From Takakia lepidozioides (lineage: Eukaryota; Plantae; Bryophyta): 64,000 nt of DNA. Within the stretch, counting starts at the first letter, position 1. Each line of letters opens with the position of its first letter. The notes beneath the pieces are model-generated. The model had not been told where the DNA came from, made no database searches, and saw nothing but the letters and a program-made list of their open reading frames with translations. The DNA lies in NCBI GenBank assembly GCA_030704615.1, contig CM060734.1, positions 34,534,001 through 34,598,000 of the forward strand, given 5' to 3'. The position numbers were made by a program, and so were the translations under genes. This document shows positions 24,134 to 35,300 of the stretch, piece by piece.

Positions 24134-24680
24134 TCTTCTGGTAGCATTGTCCCTTTCTGAAATACAAGTCCGCAATGGACTAATGCACAGTCTCCCAACG
24201 GACTCCTCCAGTCTCCCAACTGACTCCCACATAGTCTCCCAAGCATAGTCTCCCAACGGACTCACGCACAGTCTCCCAACAGAGTCACAGTCAACAGACT
24301 GCGAGCGCCAGTAAGCCAGTTTGCTGGTCAGTCTGCTGCCCACTCCAAAAGTCTGCTCACCACACTTCCACCTCATCCCTGCAACTTATGCCAATCCAGC
24401 GTCCCAGTGGACTCATGGACATGGTGCCTCCCAGACTAGGTACCAGACCCAGCAGTCCTAGCCTCGGCAGCGTACTGCTCGCACATTCAAGCTCAACAGA
24501 CTCGGGTGCACAGTGCATGGAAAAATTGACACCATTGTGTCCATTGAGTTTAGTGACAACATTACAAAACATGCCAGCACCCACAGTACACAAAAATGCT
24601 CATCACCACTGGAATAGTACGCGAAAAGACTCGCATTTTTTATTTCGGTACATAGACTTCACATGACAAGTACATCATAC

Positions 24681-27600
24681 TCATGAGAGCAGTTTCTCTA
24701 CATTGTCTAACCCCCGCACGATATACTGGGCACACTGCATTCGCTGCCCAAGTGCAAACTTGAAAGTAAACCAGTCCTTCGTGAAAGGTGTTCCTCTCTC
24801 TGGCTTTGCAGTCTTGGAGACATTTGCTCTGATTTTTACCCACTCATAAAACACTTGAATGAATGACATGACGTAAAAGCCACACTCCCAGCTGAATGGT
24901 TGTTGGGGCACATCAGGCGCGTGGAACTGAAATGCTTGGACAATCTCATGCCACTCTGGTGAGTCCATCGAGTACCCTAAGCACTGCACATGAAGCTTCC
25001 GAATCCACCCTAGAACAAAGGGACATTTATGCAAGTCCCTGATAGAGTTCAGGTGAGTGTAACAGCCCTTGCGGAGGTCGATGATACAAACACTCCAGTG
25101 CCCCCTGCAATGGTATCAAACAACATGGCGTCATTGCACAATCATGATGGGCAGACTCAGCAGACCGACCACTCAGCAGACTCAATCTTCAAACCCAGTC
25201 CACTGCACTCAGAGTCAAGACGACACTGCGAAACCAGACTATGACTCAGGAGGCAGTCTCAGCAGACTTAGAAGAGTTCTTACTCGTCCCCAATTGGCAC
25301 CAAAATGAAATCGCACTCTTTCAAGTCCATGCCCAGTCGTTAAGTGCTGAGGCAACCTTTCAAGACCTCCAGAAGGCTTTCATGTTGCCCCACCCCCAAT
25401 GACTTCAACACCGTCCACGTCGACGTTGGAAGAACAGCAATAGTGTTGATGAACGCAGCCTCAACCGACTTCTCATAGAATCGACACCACAGCTCCAGGA
25501 GTCTATCTGTGCACTCCGACTCAACCTTCTGGACCGCCTTTATGTCATCCGGCGACAGTCCGCATTCAAACCGTGGGTCCCCTTCAAAAAACATCAGCAT
25601 GGAATTACCTGTCTTCACGTGCAGAGCATGTGCTTTGCCAAACCGAGCACCCATCCTGCACAGAGCAGACCATCCTTCGGGAAGCCTCATGTACTGAACA
25701 AACTGACATCAACATGGTACCAAACACTCTACAGGCTGAACAATTCATGAGACTGACAAGACTAACCACAACAGACAATGATGAAACCAGTAGCAGACTG
25801 ACCAGCGTGCAGACTGACCACAACAGAGCGCAAAGCACTTAACGACAAAGACAGACGAGGAGACTGAGCACAGTACTCACCTGTGTTGCTCCAGGAAATG
25901 ACCCACATCTTTGTCCATGTCCAAGGCCAGCTTGCGGTTCTTGTTCATAAAGACGCCAGACTTTTTCTTCGCCGGTCTCTTGGTACTCGGACCCTCCTCG
26001 ACCTCCTCAGCATGGTCCACGACAGTCCGCTTCTTGGCTTTGCCTCTCACCTGGGAAGCAGGGACAGCTGTAGGCGGGCTGGATAGAGCAGACAAACGCA
26101 GCGCTGCCGCCCTACTTCGCAACAGAGGCTGGTCAGCAGGTTTATTTACACTTGCTGGACCTGTCTTTGCAGCTTCGTGGGTTGCATGCGTAGAACTGAC
26201 CCGCGCATCGAGGGGCGTGCTCACCCCCACACCTTTCTTGGCTGTCGATCCCACGTTTGCAGCATGGGCGGAAGATGTCATGTCCTCAGAAGTAGACAGT
26301 CTGCCGACGGAGGGACGAACATCCTGTGAGGATACCGAGCAAAATGTCGAATTAGTCCAATTTCACAATGTGCTAAAACATAAACAACAGTGCTGAAAGA
26401 GGAAATGGCACAACCTGCCCAAGGGGTGAGGGAGCAGACTCCATGTAATCCAGCGCTATACCAGACGGTGTCTGCGCCGCATGTGGTTCCTTGTCAGTGT
26501 GCCTGCCAGCATGTTCAGTCTGTTACTCAATGTGGGCAGTCTGCTCGGCCGCCGGTTCTTCGTCTGTGAACTGTGCAGTCTGCTGGCAACTCTGCGGTTC
26601 AGTCTCTTCCTCAATGTGGGCAATGTGCTCGGTGGCAAGTTGGTCGTCAGTCCTTCCCTCTGTGAAGTGTGTAGTGTGCTGGTCAGGCCGTGCAATCTGA
26701 ACTGTGCAGTCAGAGCTGAGCTGTGCAGTCTGCCGCTCCGAGCCATCCTGGTCAGTCCTTCCATCTGTGACCTGTGCAGTCTGCTGGTTAGTCTGCGGTT
26801 CAGTCTGCTCATCAATGAAGACAGTATGCTGCCCCGCCACACGTTGCTCGGCAGTCCTTCCATGTGTCCACTGTTCAGTGTGCTGGTCAGTCTGGTGGAC
26901 AGCCGGCTGGGTGTTCGGATCTCCATGGACTTGGGAAACATCAAGAACATGTATGGAAGACCCACCGGCAATTGCTTCCTCAGACTCTTCTGTAAGATCT
27001 ATGATACGGTTTTGCGTTCCCAGATTGAGTTCGGTCATCACGTAGGACTCATCTATGGCTTTCGCCACTGAGCGCACGAAAACCGGACTAACCTGGAAGG
27101 TCATAGAAGGCAGGCCACGGGGAGCTGGATAAGAATGCTTTACCGGTGACCTGATGACGTTGTCAGTGAATGTGCCTGGGGGAAAAGTGGACTCGGTCAA
27201 AACACTCATACTGGCAGATCCAAAAACATGTTGTTGGGAACTCAGCAGAAATTCATCCACAGGGTCCCGGTGAGGCCAGTGCATCCGAGTCTGTTGCACA
27301 ATCCAGGGAACAGACTGGCTGTTAGTCTCCTGGATAGTCTGCTCGGCCATCTGCTGAGTAGGTTCGTCAGTGTGCTGCACAGTCTGCTGAGGGGCAATCT
27401 GCTGGCTGGATTTGTCAGTCTGTTGTACAGTTTGCTGAGGGGCAGTCTGGTGGCCATGTTCGCTGGTCTGCTGCACAGTCGGATGAGGGGCAGTCTGTTG
27501 GCCGGTCTGTTCTCCGGTCTGCTGCAAAGTCTGCAAAGTTTGCTGCCCGCTCAGTACTGTTTGCACATACTGAGTATGTGTGTGCGGGGCAGTCTACTGG

Positions 27601-30324
27601 GAGTGATCCGGCCTATTACCCGGGACGGTCTGGTGCACATGCTCGGTCTCCAGCACTTGGGCAATCTGCCCACATGTGTCGTGGGGAATATGTTGTTCGA
27701 CATTCTTGTGGCCAGTCTGCTGGACAGTCTCCCGAACTCCTTGTAAAGCCAGAACAAGGTCCCTTGCACCTCTAGCAAAAGAGTCGAAAGCAGCCTGCAC
27801 TTGCTTGTCTCCCAGATCAACTCGCCCTGCAACACATGTTTATGCAAATGTGAACTTGTAAAAAAGTTGGCAAAAGAAATTGAGCTGAAACACGAAAGTT
27901 GCCCATAACATTTTACCTTCCAAAAAATTTCCGACGAGGCCAATGTCCTTGATTTGCCGGCACAGGCATGCTCCATCGAGATGAGCGATGGCGCCGATGC
28001 GGTCTTCAGTTGGGATCCCACACCACAGGACTTTGAAAACATTGGGATTCTGCAAAACAATGTCGAATACTGCTCGCTCCATCACCAATGCAAACCAGTG
28101 CAATGCCTCATCCACCACAAACTTCTGTGAATGGTCTGTTCCATGGAGTAAGTCCATCCTCAAACTATGCAGATCCTTCATCAACTTGTTGTATGAGCGG
28201 AAATTGCCAAATTGCATCCATCTGTGTTGTAGGAAGGAAGCTGCCATGCACTCAAAGTCCTCCTCAGTCAATCCGAACAAGTGCTTTCTTCGCACCCCAA
28301 AAATTGGATGTGCCATAGGCATATGTCTGAGGTCTTCAGGCCGTGGGTCATCCATGAGAATCAGCTGCACAAGTAGAGGCGGCGCATTTTGGTCGCTTGT
28401 GGCTTCAATGGCAACAGCAGAGGCGGCTTCTAGAACATGGTTGGCTTCCTCAATAGAAAACTCCATGGAATAATGAAAGGGTACAAATGACCACCGGCGG
28501 TCCGCAACGATCCGGTGGAGCTCAATATGCCAATCCAAATGGGGATTAATTTCTCCCACCCTAAGCCGGGGAAGTGTGAGGTCTTCAGCTCCGGGGCGAA
28601 TTACCGGTGATGGCGATCGCCAAACTGCAAAAAACGCTGTGCTATGTGAGAGAAAGGCAGTCTGCTGGTCCGCAGTCTGTTGGATGACAGGACTTCCCAT
28701 TGGCATGGGCTGCATGATGGGCTCCTGGAGAGGAGTCTGCAGGATGACAGGCTGCTCGTTGGGAGTCTGCTCTCTTGGAGTCTGCTGGATGACAGGCTGC
28801 TGAACGGGAGTCTGCTAGATGACGGCCTGCTGAATGGGAGTCTGCTGGATGGCAGACTCGGCTGTCCCAGACGCATTCCCCCCCGACGCATCTTCAATAT
28901 GTAATGCCGCTATAGCAGCAGATGACCCAGGATACTTCAATAATATGTACTCTCGCACGCGGTCCACTTCCGCACGCACTGCAGTCGCTTGTAAAAGAGC
29001 ATCATTGCTAGGTTTCCGCCAAGCCTGAATAGCCCTACGAATAGAAACACGTTCATCCTGGTACACGGCAGAGAACTTCGACGTCAGGAACATGGACGTG
29101 GACTCTATATTCACCTCATGTAGCGGACTGGACTCACAGACCAGCAAACTGTAACGTGCGTACGTAGGGTGGAGGCAACTAGTAGACTATACCAGCGGAC
29201 TGACAAACGGACTCAGTAAGTAATGCAGCGATATAAAACAGACTAACTGACGAGCGGACTGAGGAGAGAACGCAGGGGACTGACCAGACCGAATAGGCAA
29301 CGTGACCCCGATGATGGACTCAAACAGCACAGAGAACAGACTGGGCGGTCAGACTGACCATTACCTCCTCTACTTCATCATCGTCATCTTCATCTTCAAA
29401 GCTGTTCAACCAATTCTGTTCCGCTTGTCGGATTAATGTGCGTAGCAGACCTGACTGGGCAACTCTGTAGAAATAACGGAAGAAGTCCGGATCCCCAATT
29501 GGTGGGCACTCTGGTGGGAAAAGCCCAAAGTCAACGAGGCGCAATGTGCCAGGGCAGACTGGCCCTTCAGTGCTCTGTTGAGTTTTTGGTTTTGACCCTA
29601 AGCCGATGGCATGGGTCGCGATATTTGTGTGAGTCTGCTGCCGAGTCTGGTCAGGCAAGTCAATGTCCACTGGACTTGTCACCCCTTCCAGGCCCTGAGC
29701 AGATTCACTTTCAGTATCAGTACTGATGGTGTGGGTCTGCCGCCCAGGACGGGGTTCAGTCTGTTGCGTGGATTTTGCCCTTGCCTCGCGAGCAGACCTT
29801 GCAGCCTTCTCCTTTTTTTGCCTCTCCTTTTTTTGGGCCCCATCACTCAGTTTACGTTTTCTAGGAGCGTCCAGCGTTCCCTGCACTTGCAAATCCTCCA
29901 TTGACGGGCCACCACAATGGACGCCATACCGTGTGCGCACTTCGTCTAATTCCAAAGTGCGGGGGTCAAGCACTGACCCGTGCAAGCGCATTGTGGCCTC
30001 TTTGACAATCGACATTTCTTTCAGTATCGGCCAAGGCTTGAAATCCCGTGGAATCATTGCAACAGTCTCCTTGCAACCCGTGTCAACACAATGCCGATTT
30101 AGTTGGATTTTGTCCTTGATTACCTCTTCACAGAAGAGACAGAAGAGCTTGTCCTTCTGCCAATTCGAGTTTTTGGGCTTCCGGGCGCGGAGGTCTACAA
30201 ATGCTTCCACTATTTTATGATCAAACTTGTCTGGTGAGTACCAGTACCTTTGCTCCTTCTTCAGTCTGGTTTGGTGCACAAAATCCAACCAGTCCGCTCC
30301 ACCTTTTTCACAAGCATCCTCCAT
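24681..30324 (-). pseudogene. Large multi-exon MULE accessory gene: N-terminal C2HC-like zinc finger, Q/T-rich repeats, C-terminal Ulp1/C48-like peptidase
   Basis: CLFC..HC..GC in exon 1 (30324-29365); long ORF blocks 29148-27840, 27566-26523, 26281-25880, 25690-25340; GHWSVCIIDL..HLNS..VPQQPFSWECGFYV in 25110-24681; in-frame TAG/TAA stops. Exon structure only partly resolved. Confidence 0.7.
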
Positions 30325-30868
30325 CGCTGCAGAATGAAACGAAGGTGCAAGGACAATGAGCGACAAAGCGACAGATAGAAGTCCTATGAAAAGACTCACC
30401 CTAAGCAAGAAGAAGAGGACACAGAATGGAATGGAAACACCGCAACAAGTGAGAAGCTCACCGAGCCGATGAACTTCGAGTTGTTACGAAGGCGAGCGTG
30501 TTTGCGACGCTTCAGCAGTGCAAAACTGTGCGAAGAAACAGGCGCGAAGAGAATGGAGAAAGTAGAAGTAGAAGGGGGAAAGCGGGCATGGCACTGCCAA
30601 CATGGCGCGATTTCACAGGCACCAACTATCCGCCGTCATCGCATTGAATACGTCCACCGAACAAACGGATCGTACTAAATTCATCCACGCTCCTCGCAAG
30701 TGCAGCAGACTCATTTCCCATCGGGCCGAGAGTCCACCGGACCGCCAGTCCAGCGGACTATTCGCTTTGCTGAGGCGAAGCGGCTTCATATTGGAGGCAC
30801 TTCCCTGCCAACGGAATGAAGACAAAAGAGAGTAAGGGGAGAACAGGAAAGTCGAACACACCCATTGC

Positions 30869-31510
30869 GAACAGACTCGCGGCACAACAGACTGATGCAT
30901 GCACAGTCCAACAGACTGATATCCATAGAGGAGAACTGTCCAGCAGACGGACGTTTCGCCAGACTGGCGGGAGAACAAACCAAAAGACTGACCGGAGGGA
31001 AAATAAGAAGTCAAACAGACTTAGTGCAACACACTTTCGACACAACAGACTGACAAATTCACAAGTGCAACAGACTGATATCCCAACAGACGGGCTTCCA
31101 GCAGACCGCCTCCAAACTGACTGTTATGCACGCGATAAGGGGAATATCCGGAGCACTGACGGGCCAGCGGACCCACTGTGAACAGACTCGCGACACAACA
31201 GACTGATGCATGCACAGTCCAACAGACTGATATCCATAGAGGAGAACTATCTAGCAGACGGACGTTTCGCCAGACTGGCGGGAGAACAAGCCAAAAGACT
31301 GACCGGAGGGAAAATAAGAAGTCAAACAGACTTAGTGCAACAGACTTTCGACACAACAGACTGACAAATTCACAAGTGCAACAGACTGCTATCCCAACAG
31401 ACGGACTTCCAGCAGACCGCCTCCAAACTGACTATTATGCACGCGATAAGGGGAATATCCGGAGCACTGACGGGCCAGCCGACCCACTGTGAACAGACTC
31501 GCGACACAAC
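30869..31510 (+). repeat. Tandem duplication of about 311 bp, CAGAC-rich
   Basis: GAACAGACTCGCG.CACAAC at 30869, 31180 and 31491. Confidence 0.9.
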
Positions 31511-31969
31511 GGATCTCAAACATCCACGCGCACTTGCAGATGCAATTGTCTCAGACATCTCCTGTCGTGGCTCAGACATCTGCATTCAGCAGGTGCGTGT
31601 GGATGTTTGAGGACCTTACGACTGGATGGTGTTCCGTGACGACTCGAATTGTTTTTTTGTGCTGCCATCCCTTATATAATACCATGTGGATCCATCACAA
31701 AGCTGGGTTTCTTCAGATTCTCCACCCTTTTCCACAACTTATGCATAACGGATGCAAGCCGCTATACTTGGTCACATAAACAGTCCCATCGTCCGATACG
31801 AAATCTGCAATACACGCCCCCATGTGCATACGCTTCCACCATTTTCGCGCCCATGTTACCCATGGGTTCCTTTAACGAACTAAACTTGTGAAGGCTCTCA
31901 TGAGGGATGCAGTACGAAAGGGCTAAACGTATCATGACGGATCACAAGCAGAGGACGTTATCGACGACA

Positions 31970-32215
31970 GATGTACAATGGATGTTGAATAATGGAAAAC
32001 ATTCATGAATGGAGGATGCATTCATACACAGTATATGAATGCACAATGTATATGATATGAGTGTGTGGGTTTGTAAGATGGATTCGAGAGTGCAGTGGAT
32101 GAATGTACAATGGATGTTGAATAATGGAAAACATTTATGAATGGAGGTTGCATGAATACAGTGTAGATGAATGCACAATGGATATGACATGAGGTTGTGG
32201 TGTTTGTGTGATGGA
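31970..32215 (+). repeat. Tandem duplication of about 133 bp
   Basis: ATGTACAATGGATGTTGAATAATGGAAAACATT at about 31971 and 32103. Confidence 0.75.
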
Positions 32216-32399
32216 TTCATAAAGATTGCCATTTCATTCTGAGTGGATTCTTTGTTCATTTTTTTTTTTTCTGCCGGAACATCTGCAATAAAGTAGGGGA
32301 ATTCAATCTTTTCTGGAGAGGATGATAACATAACATTAAAAATGCGTAGTTCAGTCTGACTCACAGTCAGTACAATGTATCCCCACGTCCTCTACATCC

Positions 32400-35300
32400 A
32401 AGTCCAAGTATTTTAGAACTCCGGATCTACGATGGCTACACCTGCGGTCGGGCAATAAAAAGTTAGGGGAGAGAGCCTCGGCCATTTGAAGTGTCATTGC
32501 TTCGGCATACACAGGAAGCACAAAAATGGAAAGGGGGCTGTCGAAAACAGTCTCGCCACGAATGGGGGTGTCTCCTGAAGATCCAACGCTGCTTTTCCTG
32601 CAAATTACAGCAAGAAAAACGCTATTACTGCAAATTTGATGTCTGCGATTGAAAAGGGCACCCAAAGTGGAATGACAATTCCATGGCAGACTTACTCACA
32701 TGAAAAGTCGTTGTGGACCTGCTTATCCTCATGATCCTCATCATTTCGGATTTGAATCGTTTCAGTTTGTGCGCCTGATGTAGAGCCAGACAAAAGGGGG
32801 AGGAGCACAGTCTTGTATAGGTCAGAGTCACCCTCCATGCCAAAAAGGGATCTTCCGCCTGCCTTGCACGCATGGTAAGTTCCTCCTGCAACAGGAGGAC
32901 ATGAACAACTTGTAGGGAGGGATTAACAAAGATGAAAATGGTGAAAGAAAACCAAATCTGAAGGGAGAAAATGAACCTGTGGATACCGAGAGGTCGACCA
33001 CCCGTGCAGAATGGTGGCTGCATGACTCTAGCAGTGTCTACATGAACGCTAGGGTTTTTCCTTTGCACCTCTCCAGGGAGTGCCATCTTGTTCTTTGAGA
33101 GTCTGATTGGGCTACATGAAGTTGTACAAAATGGCATCGACATGCGGCTCATACGGGGGATTGATAAAACACCCTTGGTCAGAAATCTCGAAGCTGCGGA
33201 CAGAGGATGATATCTTTGAGGTGCGAATCCTCCGCAGGCAGATCGCCTCGAACATCCTCGTCTGCGAAAGACTGAAGGTTTAGGGTGCGAAACACAAACA
33301 ATAGTGGAAGTTTGTAGATTGGCATTTCAAAACATAGGCATGCAACAAACTGATCAATCACGTATTTGTGATGATCGGCACCGATCATCACAGATTATTC
33401 TAGAGTTACGTTGTAGAATACATTTAAATAAAACAACAAAGCACACCTAAGAGGGAGGCGTCATACCAGCTGACCAGGACAACCCCCTTTCACAAGGTAC
33501 AGGATATTCACACAATTCCCTGTGCGCAGAATTTCAAACCCAGAGGACTTCAAATACGATGCCAATGCCCGACGACTATCCTTGTCACATGACTGAAAGA
33601 GCAGAAGTGTCCCTGCATCAGAAAGGAAATAGTTGCAGAACCCGAACACCCAACTCCAGTAGTTGTCATCGAATTTGTTCCAACTTGGCGTCTTGCCCTT
33701 TGGAAGAACTTCTGGCACAGCTTAGCCGTCCGGGATGTCAAGAATGACCATGTCTACAACAAATGTTTTCTGCACACCGCACACGAAGGAGGGACCAGTG
33801 CTCACCTGCGACAGACATATTCAATTTGAGAATGAAGAGAAGAATGATTGCAAAGAAACAAATATCAATACTGCCAATGTCACCTACAAATGCAACGGAA
33901 AAAAAGTTAAATTCCCACCAGATTCATGTTATCCCAAGTAGGCGAAGGCACCCCAGTGTATCATTTCTTCCGACTCTCCATCATCGCCAGCCATCCCTCA
34001 TTGACAATCTTAATCTCCCCTACCAAATCAGCACGGGAAGGGTGTGGCCTGGCATCGAACACGCACTGAATTGTGCGGGTATACCTTCCGGCGGTGAAGT
34101 CCTTCTCACTCTCCTTCTCCTTTTCTTTCTCCTTCCCCTTTTCCTTTTCCTTTTCCTTCTCCTTTGACTTGTCTTTGTCCTTTGTCTTTGCTGGTGACTT
34201 GGCTGCGCCATCTGGAGCATTGTCTTTGGGTTTGCGCCCACCCTTCTTGCCCTTCTGGGTTATTTCCTGCACGTCAGGCTCCTTGGCAGCCAATGCTGCT
34301 ATGTTTCTTTGGTACTCCTCATCGTTCAGAGGTACCAACATCTCAGCATGATTGTTCAAATATTTCATTTGTTGCTCCTGAAAAGTCGTGTGCTCAGGAG
34401 GGCAGTCCAGGTACCAACCACAGTCCCTGAAGTGTGCAGGACTCCAGTCCTTCAATATCCCTGCAGTATACATGGTTGGATCGTTTCTCGGGTCCGACCA
34501 CATGTCAAGATAATCTGGGACACCACTGAGGTGATTCCATCCATCAACATATATTTTGTGTATCTGTGAACCATGAGACAAATTGGAAATCAATCTCTCT
34601 ATGCAGAAGCCCATTGCTCTCAAAGTGACCTCCAATGTCATTTGAGGCGGGGAAACAATAGAAATATTCAAGTCCTTCAAATTCTGCTCGAGCACAAGGA
34701 TGGCGTGCTTCTCCAGCTGTAAATGGTACATTTGTCAGTTTTGCAAATAAGGTAGTCATTACATTCATGAAGTCACCAAAGATGAACTTCAATGAATACA
34801 CACCTGATTCCAAAATGTAGCCTTGTGAAGCCAGTTGTCAAACACAATGTCACTGATTCCCTCCACCTTTGTGCCAGGCTGTATAGTGCTCTTAGGGAAC
34901 TGACTCAAGTCCTTCACTGTCTGATCTGAGTTCCAAATCTCCAGCCATCTAATTTTTGTTTGGGGGTCAACCATGGAGATGGCCAGCCAGTGCAATTTCT
35001 CCTGCTGCATCTCCGGGTGCACATGCTTGTCATAGTGAGATTTGATCTGCAGAATGAACTCTTCTCCAAGGCCAAGATCTATTATTCTAAGCTGCTTAGA
35101 GAAGGCGGACATCAGTTTGGTTCTCCGGATTTCATACTCCTTCTTTATTGCTGCCTCCACACCATTTGATGTCCTAAGTTCCTCTGTTGTAGTGCGGTAG
35201 TATTCGGATTTCCCCTTCTCAGTTGCCTCTGCCAGTTCTTGCTGCATTGATCAAAGTAGGGATGAGTAAAAACAAATTACAAACATGTATTCAAAAAGAC

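Noticed and set aside
33150-33165. NPPY as the MTase catalytic motif
   Set aside because: It lies in the variable region between motifs VI-VIII and X-I; the DMVILDIP strand fits motif IV positionally. Probably coincidental, but worth checking in homologs.
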